The notes under the pieces are model-generated. The model worked only from the letters and a program-made list of their open reading frames with translations, searched no databases and was not told where the DNA came from. 64,000 nucleotides of DNA, taken from Bdellovibrionales bacterium (GTDB taxonomy: Bacteria; Bdellovibrionota; Bdellovibrionia; Bdellovibrionales; UBA1609). Positions 30,356 to 42,457 of the stretch are shown here, piece after piece (position 1 is the first letter of the stretch; every line of letters starts with the position of its first letter). Location of the stretch: assembly GCA_965219095.1 (NCBI GenBank), contig OZ244719.1, positions 128,001 through 192,000 of the forward strand, in the 5' to 3' direction. A program made the translations under genes and the position numbers.

Positions 30356-31243
30356 TTAAAAAGAATTACAAGGGTCCTTTTGTTCCTTAAAATCAAAGAA
30401 AACCACATAGTCAAATCCCCCTTCTTCTTCTTTATCCCAATAAGGCTGACCTTCTTTAGTCAAAAAGTCCAACTTCACGCTCACAATCTTCTTATAACCT
30501 CTTTGATGGAAATACCAAGGCATACCGTAGTCTTTTCGAACATGGTTGTTGCCTGCCATAACAAAGACAAGTTTCTCTTCTTTTAGATAGGAAAGTGTTT
30601 GCTCTGTCATGAAAGCGTCTCTTGCTCTTTGTGCGAAGTAAAAAGACTTCACTTGAGAAGGTGTCAGCTTGTGACAGTGTCCTCGTTCAATGTCTTTTTT
30701 TAAACGTAAGCCATATTCCTTAGGAAGCTCTTTATCAAGGCCTGTTTTTTTGATAAAGTCTAATTCCAGAGCTTCTTTTCCTTTCCTTACAATCTGTTTC
30801 ATTTTTTCAGAAGACAAGTTCAAACCAAAAACTTCAGCTTGTGATTTATATGTTTTTTCAAATAGCAACCGAAAGATAAGCCAATTGCCCCATGACTGCT
30901 CCCACTTTAATTTTTCTGCTAATTCATCCACATACAGGTAGGCTTCTTTCATTCTTTTTTCCTTAAACTCCTCTAAAATCTTTTGATCTTTTTGTTGAAT
31001 GTGTTCAAACCCAACAGCCTTTTTTTCACCCTCTAACTTTTCTACAAGAAAACCTCTAAAATCATGGTGAGATTTTTGGTTATGGTACTCTCCTAAGAGA
31101 ATTACATCATATTGTGATAAACTTTTTAAAAACTCAAAAGACTCCACTTTCTGTCTGGTGTCTGTGTGAAATATTTCATAGCTTTCAGAAAATTCAGTTA
31201 AAAAAAATAAAGTAACTAAAACAATAAAGAAAATTCTTGTCAC
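30356..31243 (-). CDS. ChaN-family (Tiki superfamily) haem-uptake-like protein
   Basis: VILLGEYH...HH, GFEH, AQRARD..M and AGNNHV..DYGMP motifs. Confidence 0.8.
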   Translation of the reverse strand: MTRIFFIVLVTLFFLTEFSESYEIFHTDTRQKVESFEFLKSLSQYDVILLGEYHNQKSHHDFRGFLVEKLEGEKKAVGFEHIQQKDQKILEEFKEKRMKEAYLYVDELAEKLKWEQSWGNWLIFRLLFEKTYKSQAEVFGLNLSSEKMKQIVRKGKEALELDFIKKTGLDKELPKEYGLRLKKDIERGHCHKLTPSQVKSFYFAQRARDAFMTEQTLSYLKEEKLVFVMAGNNHVRKDYGMPWYFHQRGYKKIVSVKLDFLTKEGQPYWDKEEEGGFDYVVFFDFKEQKDPCNSF

Positions 31244-31553
31244 AACTTTTCTCCTATATTAAATTAAAAAGAAAACTATAACTGATAAATTTCAAAAATA
31301 CAACAAAAATCTGAAAGACCCCTTTATGTGAATGCAGAGTGTATTGTTTGTATCATCACAGCTTTTAAGCATTTTATCTTTACTAAAGATGAGAGTCAGC
31401 TTATGTAAAAAACAGCCTGAAACCGATCAAGAAAGAACACTCTGTGAGGAAGCTCTTGAACTTGTCCTGTCGAAGCGATTAGAAATGATGGTTAGAGGAA
31501 GTAACTGTAACTCAAATTAAGGGATGTCGTCAATTGATTTAATACTTAAGCTC

Positions 31554-32321
31554 CTAGTTTAAACTCTCTCCCATTTTCACTTCCCCTAAAGTTTGCTGAA
31601 ACTCCCTATAAGGGTACATCACAACAACAGTACTTCCCATACGAAACACACCTAACTCATCTCCTTTTTGGATCTTTTGCTCTTCAAAAACCTCTAAACT
31701 TAAACTCCCTACATTCAAAGCTCCTACCATCACCACAATAACTGTTTTTTTTGTTTCAAACTCTTCAATAAAAAAGACAAGCCTTTTATTTCGAATGAGA
31801 AGATCGGATAAATTTTGCATAAAACAAGGTCTTACAGGCCAAAGAGAACCCGATATAGTTTTTATTTTTTTAATTCTGCCTTTCACAGGGCTATGGACGC
31901 GGTGATAATGACAAGGAGCTAAATAATAACTTACATAGAAACCACCTTGAAGTTCTATGGGAAGAACTTCTTTTATAAAGGATTCACATGAATAAACCAT
32001 CCCTTTAGCTTGTATAAGGAAACCCTCTTTAATAAGCCCCATAGAAAAAATTTTTCCATCTACAGGATGCAAGGGAGCTTCTTCTAAAGGCCTTAGATTA
32101 GGCTTGAGCTTTCTTGAAAAAAATTCACCTATTGACCTGTACTCAGAAATATCCTTTTCAGCTTCAGAGACATCAATGTTATAGATATAACAAAAGACTT
32201 TTATCAAAAGAGTTGAGAGTCTCTTAGATACTCTGATATGAGCTAAAAAACCAAGTAAAAAGCTAAACCATCTTAAAAGCATTAAAGGCATTATAAAGGC
32301 TTTTTTCAAAAAAATGAACAT
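31554..32321 (-). CDS. psd: Phosphatidylserine decarboxylase proenzyme
   Basis: FFSRKLK, PVDG, YLAPCHYHRVHSP, VGALNVGS and FRMGSTVV cleavage motif. Confidence 0.92.
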   Translation of the reverse strand: MFIFLKKAFIMPLMLLRWFSFLLGFLAHIRVSKRLSTLLIKVFCYIYNIDVSEAEKDISEYRSIGEFFSRKLKPNLRPLEEAPLHPVDGKIFSMGLIKEGFLIQAKGMVYSCESFIKEVLPIELQGGFYVSYYLAPCHYHRVHSPVKGRIKKIKTISGSLWPVRPCFMQNLSDLLIRNKRLVFFIEEFETKKTVIVVMVGALNVGSLSLEVFEEQKIQKGDELGVFRMGSTVVVMYPYREFQQTLGEVKMGESLN

Positions 32322-32484
32322 GATGACTTATATTTTTAATAAATAGAAAAATAACTTATGGAAGAAGGCTTAAGCTACTGTTTTTTCCTAACTGTCTGAC
32401 ATTTTTTGACATTGATCAAAATCTACACGCTCTACTAGCTTTAAAATAAGTCTTTTATGGCATCAAATTTGCATTATAAAAGGT

Positions 32485-33198
32485 ATGGGAAATTTTTTCA
32501 AAAGTACAGATTTAAAAAAACTAAGCTCTCTCATTTATATTATATCTATAGTTCTTTTCACCAGCTTTGCTTTTCACTTGTATTTTCAAAATTTCATCTT
32601 TTTTTCTAAAAACACAAATCCTAACTTAGACAAAGCTTATAAAGAAATCCATCACCCTCAAACGGAGAAAACTCAAAAACAAGCTCTTGATTTTATTGCT
32701 GAAGTAGCTTCTCAACCTAAAGACTACACAGAAGATGAAAGCTTCAAAGCTCTTAATCTTTTAAGTGGTGTTGTGTTTCACTTTGGAATAAAGTCTGAAG
32801 GAATGGATGCTTTGAAAAAAATTTATGAGAACATTTTTATAACGAAAAACCAGAAAATTAGAATAAGAAGTATTCTTTATCTAGAGTGGATTTCTTTGCA
32901 ATGGACTCCTCAAAAGAAAAGCTATAAAAAGAAAGCTTCTCTTTCTTTAGATTTAAATTATGATTTAAACTCAGAAGAAGAAGAAATTAAAACAAACAAC
33001 CTAGCTTTAAGAGCTACAGAGTATCTTTTGAGTTTGATCTTTCTTAATAAACCCTTTATCATTTCAAACAAAGAAAGAGCGATTGTTTTAAGAAGTCTGT
33101 ACACTATATCAAAGCAATCAGAAAATCCTGAAGCACGAGTTTTTTCCATGAATCAACTTTTTAATATAGCTTTTTTAAGAAGCCGGGGAAGTTTTTAA
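32485..33198 (+). CDS. Hypothetical helical protein with N-terminal TM anchor
   Basis: 237-aa ORF with one hydrophobic segment. Confidence 0.55.
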   Translation: MGNFFKSTDLKKLSSLIYIISIVLFTSFAFHLYFQNFIFFSKNTNPNLDKAYKEIHHPQTEKTQKQALDFIAEVASQPKDYTEDESFKALNLLSGVVFHFGIKSEGMDALKKIYENIFITKNQKIRIRSILYLEWISLQWTPQKKSYKKKASLSLDLNYDLNSEEEEIKTNNLALRATEYLLSLIFLNKPFIISNKERAIVLRSLYTISKQSENPEARVFSMNQLFNIAFLRSRGSF

Positions 33199-33232
33199 AG
33201 ACCTATTAGAACATTTCATTTATACAGTTATA

Positions 33233-33302
33233 TAGTGCTTCCGTTTATATTTTCAGGTTTTTTCTCTAGAGAATCGACCAGAAAATCTAAACAGAAGCAC
33301 TA
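33233..33302. mobile_element. 70-bp IS630-derived MITE
   Basis: TAGTGCTTCCGTTTA...TAAACAGAAGCACTA, TA on both sides; sister copy at 35132-35201. Confidence 0.85.
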
Positions 33303-34983
33303 TAGATATTCATAAAAGTTTCTCTACAAATGACCTAGAAAAATACCTTTATTAGCTCATGAGAGGTGGAAGATAGAACGTAACTCGGTTATCTGACCGC
33401 CCTATCCAAGATTAAATTTCTCTTATAAGTTTTTCTTAAGAGGAGGGATTTTATGGAAGAAGGGATTAATGTAACTGCTCACCTACATTGTTCAGTTATC
33501 CCTAACTTTAGACCTGTTTTAAGGTAACTGTTCACTTAAATTCTAGTAATTTTAATGTTTAGAGAGGTATTCAGTAGCCATGTCAACGAAGGATAGATTC
33601 TGTTTTTTGGCCGTTCGAGCGACACTCATCATAACCTCTTGGTTATGTGCTCCCTGTTCTGAGCGATTGCAATAAGAGATTTTTCTCATAAGTACAGCAG
33701 GCCTAATTTCCCTCTCTCCATAATTGTTAGTGGGGTCTACTCCAGTCTTAATGAAAGTATAAATTTCATCTCGATATTTGACCAAACGTTTACAAAGCCT
33801 TTGTAAGTCATGGCTTCTGTATTTTTTTGATACCCATTTTCCTGTATCATGCATAAGCAGTTTGTATTTTCGATCGATATTCTCTTTACTTTCATATTCA
33901 TTTTGCAACCTTTTTCCCCTATTGAAAAAAAGTTTGGCTCTCTTAGAAAACTGAGCAATTTCTTTGCTTTTAGGATGTTTTTCTTTTAGCCCATGAAGCT
34001 CCCTTAAAAGATGGGGCCAACATTTTTGCTTTTGACAGTCAATCTTGTTATAGGCAGCATAAAAATCTGAAACTAAAACTCCACGAAAAACTTCTCCAAG
34101 AACATTTTTAACTACATCTTGCGAACGAGTTTGATCAATCTTATAAAATGACACATCATCATTTGAAAAACTCCAGAGCCAATGACTGTTCCCATTCACT
34201 CTCCATCCTGTCTCATCAGCATGCAAATGCCCCTGCTCCGATAACACGGACTTGATATCCTCGTAAGCCCCCTCAAACTTCCTTGCCGTACGACTTATAA
34301 TCTCTGACAAAACACCACGACTGATTTCCATACCATATTGATCAGACAAAAGATTTGTTATTTTACCAAAACTTAAACCCAACTCATATTTCCAATAACA
34401 CACTTGAGCATGAAACTTAGAACCATAAAGACTCGCTCCCAACTTATCACTGACAGAAACCTCCTTGTTACAACAACTGCACCAACTCCAGCCTACAATG
34501 TGTTTCGTGGTGATGACTTGACTTACAGGTGGTAAATCCACCTGATAGTGAACATCCCACTTATGAGAGGGAGGAAGATCAGAGTCACATTTACTACAAA
34601 CCAGTGAAGTCCAAGTGGTCTCCTGATCCGCTTCCTCAGGCCTTTTTCTTCGATGAACTTTATGACCCTTTTTAGGACCCTTCTTTTTTCCTTTTTTAAG
34701 GCTTCCATCTGGATTTTTATTCTTGTTCTTTTTAGCCCACTTAGGAGGCTTGCGTATTGATTGAAGCTCCTCTTTTAGTTTCTTATTTTCTTTTTTAAAA
34801 TGTTCATTATCTTTTTTTAAACGCTCACACCCTTCTTCTAAACGCTCACGCTCTTCTTCTAAACGCTTGCGCTCTTCTTCTAAATGCTTGTAATCTTCTT
34901 CTAAATGCTCATGCTCTTCTTCTAAATGCTTGTAATCTTCTTCTAAACATTTTATTTCTTTTTGTGCTTTCTTAAGCACTATA

Positions 34984-35129
34984 TAGTCCTTTCCGTTTAA
35001 GTTTTTAGAATCTAAAGGAAGAATTATCATATGAAACTATTTTTTAAAACAAATGACGATTTATCAATACTTTTGAATAAAAACTAGACCCTAACTCAAA
35101 AAATCTGAAAATCTAAACGAAAAACATCA
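34984..35129 (-). mobile_element. 146-bp IS630-derived MITE supplying the ATG of the IS66 transposase ORF
   Basis: Aligns to the IS630 left end (7762-7864) fused to its right end (~8851-8899); TA on both flanks. Confidence 0.75.
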
Positions 35130-35131
35130 TA

Positions 35132-35201
35132 TAGTGCTTCCGTTTAGGTTTTCATGTTTTTTCTCTAAAGAATCGACCGGAAAATCTAAGCGTATTCACT
35201 A
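35132..35201. mobile_element. 70-bp IS630-derived MITE (second copy)
   Basis: TA duplication; the empty site is visible in the sister IS66 end at ~50425-50440. Confidence 0.88.
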
Positions 35202-35322
35202 TATAACATTATAGGCATAGGAGCTTTTAGTGAAATTTCAACAATTTACTAGAATTTTTCTGAACAGTTACGTTTTAAGATAAAAGTCTTGCTCTTACAG
35301 ATTTTCTTTTAAATACTTTTTC

Positions 35323-35397
35323 CATTCTTTCTTTTACCTCCATTTTATGGAGACTTTAAGAGAAAATTGACTGTCCGCAGAAACAGGGGAAGTTCAA
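35323..35397 (-). mobile_element. IS3 left-end remnant
   Basis: Identical to ~46834-46908. Confidence 0.85.
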
Positions 35398-36200
35398 ACA
35401 GCAAAGAAAGCTTCATACTTATCTAGGTCGTGTGATAAGAGATGTTACAAGAAAAGGAGGTTCTAAGCTCTTGGAAGAGAATTCACCTTTAAAAAGATGT
35501 TTATCTTTATGTGTAAGAATTTATAACCAAAAAAGAGGAGATAAGAACAAGGTGTATAGTGTTCATGCTCCTGAGGTTTATTGCATAGGGAAGGGCAAAG
35601 CCCATAAAAAATATGAATTTGGCAATAAGGTGAGTGTGACAACTTCATCAAAAAACTGCTTGGTTTTAGGGGTAAAGTCATTTGAAAAAAATGTATCAGA
35701 TGTTCACAGTTTAAAGCCAGCCTTATCTCAAGTTGAATCCTTAACAAAGGTTAAGGCAAAAAATTTGTATGTAGATAAAGGTTATCGTGGCAAAGAGCAT
35801 CATCCTTCGGGAGTTAATGTTCATATTGGGGGAATGAGTAAAACATTAAGTCCCTACAAAAGAAAACTTCACAGAAGAAGAAGTTCAGTTGAGGCAATCA
35901 TTGGTCATATGAAAATAGATTCTCGTAGGGGAAGGAACTTTCTATTAGGATCACAAGGGGATGCTATTAATTGTCTTTTATCAGGAGCTTCTCAAAATTT
36001 TAGAAAGTTAATGCTAGAAGTTGCGTCTTTTTTCGTTTTTTTCACTGAAATGGCTTAAAAGGCCTGTACGCCTTCTTGAAAACTACTGTTTTGTTTAAGT
36101 TATGAAAAAATATTTAACCCTCTATAGTAGAAAGTAACAGGGATAAAGATCATAATGGCATAAAAATCCTAGGCTTTTGTCAATTTTTCACGTTCGACTA
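35398..36200 (+). pseudogene. IS5-family transposase 3' remnant with right end
   Basis: YLGRVIRD, KGKAHKKYEFGNKVS, YVDKGYRG and RRSSVEAIIGHMK motifs; end TTTTTCACGTTCGACTA. Confidence 0.85.
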
Positions 36201-36594
36201 TATAGTGATCATACATTTTATTTTCCTCCTTTGTTGGTTTGTTTATAAATAAAGTCTTGAAATCCTATTTTACATCTTTTTTTTGCTTTTTCCTTTTTTT
36301 CGAGTAAGCCTTCACAAAAATACAGGCTTAATCGAAAAAAAGGGAAAACACCCTTTGAGGCCTTAAAAACCAGGTCAGCTAAAGGGTTTAGAATTTGTCT
36401 CGAAAATCACCTCCTTCTGCAAGTACTTTAGGGTCACTACCATGGCTTAAACCAGTGACCTGTCTTTTTGATTTACCGTCGAATTAATTTCTGTAATTGG
36501 TATAACTCTTTACTTTCTTGCTTTTTTGTCCTTTTTGGGGGATTTCTAACTACTTTTTACCCACAGATTCCCGGGAGGAGCTTAAATTAATGAA

Positions 36595-37890
36595 TTAGGG
36601 AATATAATCTCCTGATAATAAGTACCCTTTGGGAACTGTCAATACAAGTGCTGTTGAAAATCTGTCATCTACATGGACGATCTGGACTTTTCCTATAACT
36701 CTTCTTTGATTTCTATAACGAGATTCTGTTTTTCTAAGTTCTTCATTTTCTTTAACCTTCAAGACATCTCCTTTTTTAAGTCCATCTAAATAACCTGCAT
36801 TGATGTAAACAAAAGAGTTTACTTCATGAAAACGCTTGTTAAGAGTAGGAGCTCCTCCAATGATCTGTGATTTATATTTTTTGGTTACAGCAGGGGCTAC
36901 TTGATCTAGGTTTTTAGGAATTTTTATTTTTTCTATACTGTCCGTGACAACAATGTCGGTAAACTCTATAGGTTGGAAACTTTGTACTACCTCAGCTTCA
37001 TAAATATCATAAAAACTGCCTTTTTGTATTTTTTCTAGAATTTTTAGCGTTCCTGATAGAGTAATGCTATAGGGTCTTGAAGAGAAGATGAATTTATTAA
37101 TTTTAGATAAAGGACCTTGATTTTTTAAAATTAAGAGAATTTTTCCTGATTCATATTCATTTTTATTTTTTAATCTCACAAGCACTTTGTTTTGTGGAGA
37201 ACTAAGTTTCATACTGTTTTCATTTTCTATTAATCGGCCAATTCCTTTGGGAGGATAGTTGAGTACATAATAGGATAGAATTTTATAGTTATCACGTTTG
37301 AGAGATTCAGAGTAATAGCCCTTCAGCTCTAGATCTTCTTCTTGAGGTTCTTTGATGATTTGCAAATCAGCTAAACTAGGGGGAAGTTTTGTTAACAAAG
37401 GCTTATAAGGATAAAGAGGATCAGGTATGACGTCTTCAATTTTTTCACTAAAAGGAGGTAAGGCTCTTTTTTTAATCTCTGTAGGTTCTTCTATAACGCT
37501 ACTAGTGCTATCTTTGTTTTGTGAGGGTGTATCTTTTGAAACTTTCACTTCAACTTTTGGTGTTGTGGTTAAGGATCCAAAAGAGAAAATTAATTTCTTT
37601 CCAGGAAAGATCTGGTGAGGATTCGTAATACGAGCATTGAAAGACCAAATTTTAGGCCAATAAAAGCCTGTCCCAAAAAGCACACGGCTAATATCCCACA
37701 AAGTATCGTTTTTTTGAATGATGTACTCTTCGCTAGCTTGTGCTTGATTAAGGAGAGTGTCCCATTCTTTTTCGGACAAGAGAGGATACTTATAAGTATA
37801 GATATAATTGAGTTTTTTCTCATAAGCTTTGTCTGCTAGAGAAGAGTTTGTATAGAAATAAAAAACTAAAGGCAAAAAGAAGAGTTTCAT
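36595..37890 (-). CDS. LysM peptidoglycan-binding domain protein
   Basis: YIIQKNDTLWDIS..G.GFYWPKIWSFN..ITNPHQIFPG; signal peptide. Confidence 0.85.
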   Translation of the reverse strand: MKLFFLPLVFYFYTNSSLADKAYEKKLNYIYTYKYPLLSEKEWDTLLNQAQASEEYIIQKNDTLWDISRVLFGTGFYWPKIWSFNARITNPHQIFPGKKLIFSFGSLTTTPKVEVKVSKDTPSQNKDSTSSVIEEPTEIKKRALPPFSEKIEDVIPDPLYPYKPLLTKLPPSLADLQIIKEPQEEDLELKGYYSESLKRDNYKILSYYVLNYPPKGIGRLIENENSMKLSSPQNKVLVRLKNKNEYESGKILLILKNQGPLSKINKFIFSSRPYSITLSGTLKILEKIQKGSFYDIYEAEVVQSFQPIEFTDIVVTDSIEKIKIPKNLDQVAPAVTKKYKSQIIGGAPTLNKRFHEVNSFVYINAGYLDGLKKGDVLKVKENEELRKTESRYRNQRRVIGKVQIVHVDDRFSTALVLTVPKGYLLSGDYIP

Positions 37891-37896
37891 CTTCTT

Positions 37897-38376
37897 TTAT
37901 TTTACCTCATTTATCTCCCTTTTAAAAATTTCTTTTTCAAGTTCAACCCTTTGGGCTTCTAGACTTCCAGGGTAAAGTTTTGGTATTTGGTCTAGGGTTT
38001 TTTTTGCTAAATCATAAATTCCCATTCTTTGATAGAGGATGGCTTTCGCAAAGAGAGCTGCCTTTAATTTGTTTCCTTTTGGGAAATCTTTCAGTATTTT
38101 TTGGAAAGTTTTTAAAGCTTCGTGGTATTGTTTTTGATTCAGATGAAGCCTCCCTAGAAGATAAAGAGCATTGTCAAGGTAAAGACTTTTAGGAAACTGT
38201 GCTTCAAAAGTGGCTAGGATTCTCTTTAAAGTCTCTATGTGATTTTTTTGGTAAGCTGTGATAATACGAGTGTAAAACAGATCTTCTGTAAAAATCTGAA
38301 GAGGTTTTTGAGGTTTAAGACTGGCTTGGCTAGTAGAGTTAAAAAGAAGAAAATAGGCTAAAATAAAAAACTTCAT
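37897..38376 (-). CDS. TPR protein, CpoB/YbgF-like
   Basis: FPKSLYLDNALYLLG, FPKGNKLKAAL and YPGSLEA TPR pattern. Confidence 0.75.
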   Translation of the reverse strand: MKFFILAYFLLFNSTSQASLKPQKPLQIFTEDLFYTRIITAYQKNHIETLKRILATFEAQFPKSLYLDNALYLLGRLHLNQKQYHEALKTFQKILKDFPKGNKLKAALFAKAILYQRMGIYDLAKKTLDQIPKLYPGSLEAQRVELEKEIFKREINEVK

Positions 38377-39021
38377 ATCTCTTAATTTAAAGAATGGGAT
38401 TTAAAATGACAAGAGGATGAAATAAGATTTTTATCCACGAAGTTTGTGAATAAAGAGGAAAACTGGACTTTGGTTTTAAGAACAGACCTTAATTTTAGCC
38501 CTTTGATCTGTTTTGGAAAGCTTTAATTATTTGATATCATTGGATTTTTTTATAATTCAAGGACTTTAAGTCTCAGAAAATTTCATTTTCTTAAAAGCTT
38601 TGTTTTTGAACAAGATTGAACTCAAATTAAATTTTATTTGAGCTGAGTTTGGGATATTTTATGCCATCTATTTTATGATGACTTTAGAATTTCTTCCTGT
38701 TTTTATTGTGTATTTTTTGTAACTTACACGTGTTTGTTCTATTTTTTAGCAAATACTTCTCCTATTGCTCATTCTTGGTGCCTTAATAGAGAGGTGTACA
38801 GAAATGTCACTGATTTTATCTTTTCAGTATTGTTTGTACTCAAACCCTAGCTCAAAAAAATCCAGACAAATTGTAGCTTCTTCAAAAATTAGGCTTAGTG
38901 TGTCTTTTTGTGATTTCAGGCTTTATGTATTTTTTTAGACAGTGTGTTAAAGAAGTTTCCTTATTTTATTGCAAAGCTTCTTTCTTCGTAACTGCTTACC
39001 CACATTGTTCAGTTATCCCTA

Positions 39022-39065
39022 TGATCTTCCCCCAAAAAAGTGGACAGTTTTTTGGGGGAAGATCA
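39022..39065. repeat. 44-bp fused IS3 right-end/right-end unit
   Basis: TGATCTTCCCCCAAAAAAGTGGACAGTTTTTTGGGGGAAGATCA; similar unit at 57330-57373. Confidence 0.8.
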
Positions 39066-39530
39066 CAACCTCTCAAAACTCCATCGCATGTCTATCTTTT
39101 GAGAGCAGACAAAAATACGGTAGCCTTCCGATAAAAAAATCATAAACTCCTCACTAATTCTAAAACTTCTTCCCAATCTAGACCCTTTAAGACTAAGACC
39201 TTCTTATCCTCACATGACTTTTCCTTTTTCAAAGAAACGGTCTTAAAAAGGGACTGGGATACTGTTGAAACATAAGACTTCTTCCAGTTATTGATTGTAG
39301 AGGGGCTGACTTTTGCTTCTTTACAAAATTTAGAAATCTTCTCTTCTTTCAAAAAATCTAGAATCTCTCTGTGCTTCTGAGTAGCGGATAAGCTTCTTGT
39401 TGGAATTCTTCTCTTGACAAAGCTGTATCTTCTTTTTTAAATTAATCTCTTCTTCCATAAAATTCTCACTCTTAAGAAAAACTTATAAGAGAGATTTAAA
39501 CTTGGATAGGGCGGTCAGACAACCGAGTAC
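39066..39530 (-). pseudogene. IS66 left end with decayed tnpA and truncated tnpB
   Basis: TnpA-like FCKEAKVSPSTINNWKK; TnpB-like start RIFVCSQKIDMRWSFERL. Confidence 0.75.
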
Positions 39531-39624
39531 CTAAAACTGATAAAATTGATGCTGAAAAACTTGTTTTATTGTTACGCTCTGGCCTTTTGAAACCAGTTTT
39601 TCACTCAGGTGATGAATTCATTTA

Positions 39625-42457
39625 CCTAAATTCGGTGTTAAAAATATACACTACAGTTGTCATTTTACAAGGTGTTTATCCACGGCTTTGAGTATTTTTT
39701 CTTGAGATTTACTCAATGTGACTATTTTAGAGAACATATGGCGTTTTTTCTTGTCCTCCATATAAACTTTGTACACACTTCCCAATTCTTTTAGTGCTTC
39801 TTCAGGAGATATCTTAAGATTGTTTAAACTTAACTTTAGAACGGACAGCAAAAGATAGGATAAATAACATATAAAAACATGAGCGATAACTCGGTTATAC
39901 AACCAATGTCGAATCGGACGCAGATGAGTGATTCCTTTTAAAGTCTTAAATGCTTTTTCTATAATATCTTTGTCAAAATATAATTTTAACATGTCTCTGT
40001 CAGGGATATTTTTTGTAGAAAATAAACAAAAATAGCCGTCAAATTCTTCTGCCTTTTCTAATTCTTGTTTTCTAATTCTCCCTTGAGACGTCAAGTATTT
40101 TTCTAAGCCCGTCTTTATAGGCTTTCCTTGAAGAATTTGGTTTTGAGCATGTTCTATCTCATGGTGACGGGATTCTTTTATCTCTACTTTTCTGCGCTCA
40201 TTGAAACAAATAGCCAACTTCCCTTTTATCTTACCTAGCTTATAAGGAAAGCTCTTGATATAAAAAGTGTTTTTACCAAGCCTTGCCATGTTAGAAACAT
40301 GACTTATAGGTTTTGTCTTTAGGGCTTTTCTAAGCACTTTTTTTTCTCGATCTTTTAAAGGAAGACCACATAAGCTATTCCACCCCAAGCCTTTTATCCC
40401 CTCTATAGTGCTTCCGCTTAGGTTTTCAGTTTCCTAAGATAGAGAAGTTATCAGTTATCAAAGTTTCTAATTTAGATCTGTGTTTTCGTATTCCTCTAAA
40501 AAATTGACTTAAACTTCCCTTGAAATCGTCATAGTTTTCATAATATCGATTCGCCGTGACCTCTTTTTTCATAAACTTCCAAAGTCTTTCTATAGGATTT
40601 AAATTCGGTGAGTACGGAGGAAGATAAACAAGTTTTATATTCAACTCTTTCGCTAACTTCTTGACAGACTTCGATCTATTGTATCCGGCCCCATCTAAGA
40701 TAAGATGAATCTCTTTTTCATCGGGATACTTCTTAATGAATATGATAGAGCATATCACATAGAAAAACTTCGTTAACTGTCTTATAACTCCTGACTACCG
40801 TCTTCAAACTATTGATCTCAATAGCTCCACAAACATTCACTCTTTTTCTCCAGCCTGAATTGGTCTTCACTTCAAACTTCTTACCCTCTCTTATCCAACC
40901 ATATGAAATCGTAGGGCCCCACTCAGGATGTGTGGAATCAGCAAAGTAAACAGGACCGTCTTTCTTCTTAATTCTCTTGTATTTACGCACAAACTTTTTC
41001 TGCTCTTCTCTCTTTGCCTTACCCGGTATCGCTGTGGCTTTTTTATAAGAAAAACCAAGGCGATGGAGAAGATCAATTACACCACTTGTTAAAGTACGTA
41101 ACACCAAAATTCTCCTCAATGAACTGGATAACAGATTGTGATGATGGAAAAATTCTTTTCTCTAATTCCTTTAAAAGCATTTTCTCCTCTTTCTTAGTTA
41201 AAAAGGACCTTTTAGGGTTGTAATTGTCGTTGATTAAGCACTCTATCCCGCCTTTGTTATAACGATCTCTACAGGCTCTTATCGTGCCCTCATCAATGAA
41301 AAGAAAACGGGAAATATCTTTACACAACTCACCTTTATCTAAATGGAGAATTGTCATAATCCTTTTTACGTATTTAAGATTTTTCTCTAGAGATAGTTCA
41401 TAGAGTAAATCTTTTCGCTCTTTTTTTGATAGAAACCCTGACATATGAAACTATTTTTAAAAATAAATGACTTTTTATCAAGGCCTTAGAATAAAAACTA
41501 GACCTCAACTCAAAAAAAAACGGAAAACCTAAGCGGAAGCACTATATATTCTGTCGAGATGTTACCCCTCTGTCTGATACAAAAACACCTGAGCGAAGAT
41601 TATAGCTAGAAAAACTTTTAATAAGAGAAAATAGAGCCTTACTGTCATGTATGTTTCCATTGAAGGTTTTATGAAAAACGGGGATGCCTTCCTTTTGAGT
41701 TGTTGCAAGGCCTATTTGAATAAGAGGCTTTGATTTCCCATCCTTGCTTTTTCCAAGCTTAGCAAGCTGGCATTTTGTCCCATACAAATAAGTATTGGTC
41801 ACATCATAAACGATTCCCTTTGTGGACAGATCATATATATTTTTTACGATATTAAAAATATCTCTTTGATGTCGCTCTATTCTTTCTTCAGTTAAAGAGT
41901 CTAAAGCTGACAATAGACGTTCTTCTGTTAAACCTTCTAAATCCAAAATAGTATTTAAGTCCGTTCTGGAAAACCAGTCTGGCATATTATTAACACTTTT
42001 GTAATTTAAGCAATGTGCATAAACCATGCTTAATATCTCATTTGAATAATTTTCCAATATGTCCGGGAGTTTGATTTTTTTTGATATTTTGTCTAGGACG
42101 ATAAGGGGGCCATGAATTTTAACTTCAGAGATTTGAATGTCCTCTGAGCTTAGTGAAATCACTTTTTTACCGCTCACTTCTTTTCCAATATAGCGAATAT
42201 GCTTTTGCACAACCTTGCCCTTAATTCTTTTACTTTCTACCTCAGCCAGATAAGTTTTATTGCCTTTTTTTATTTTTCTTATGAAGCTCATATCCCCTCC
42301 TATAGTGTATAATATATACACTACTACAGATAGTAGTCAATGGCAAACCCCTTTCTTTTTCAAGAAATCTTGTCTTTTCTCAGAGGCAAAAAGACCGTTT
42401 TAAGATGTTTTAAATGTTAGGATGTTTGTAGTGGATATTTTTTGCCCCGAATTTAGG
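39625..42457 (-). mobile_element. IS1634-family element A, transposase split by IS630
   Basis: TIR CCTAAATTCGG and 7-bp TSD TCATTTA. YDVTNTY, DRG and IEKAFKTLK..LRPIRHW motifs. Removing the IS630 restores the frame (RQNI/EGIKGLGW). Confidence 0.92.
40406..41544 (-). mobile_element. IS630 second copy (extra frameshift ~40760)
   Basis: Near-identical to 7762-8899; TA duplication. Confidence 0.95.

Larger units (their letters stand above)
33524..35271 (-). mobile_element. Single-ORF IS66-family element (ISBst12-like; transposase 33552..35030)
   Basis: TIRs GTAACTGTTCA..AAATTCTAGTAA and 8-bp TSD GTTTTAAG. HADETGW, LVSDFYAAY, QKCWPHLLR and PTNNYGEREIRPAV..RK motifs. Confidence 0.92.
33380..35322. 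mobile_element. Nest of IS66 ends: tnpA-type left end (33380-33470), then a second IS66 left end (33471-33523 + 35280-35322) split by a third IS66
   Basis: GTAAC starts; matches to 39450-39530 and 50506-50600. Confidence 0.75.

Noticed and set aside
31332..31520. 62-aa ORF between chaN and psd
   Set aside because: No clear RBS or motif; cannot be supported.
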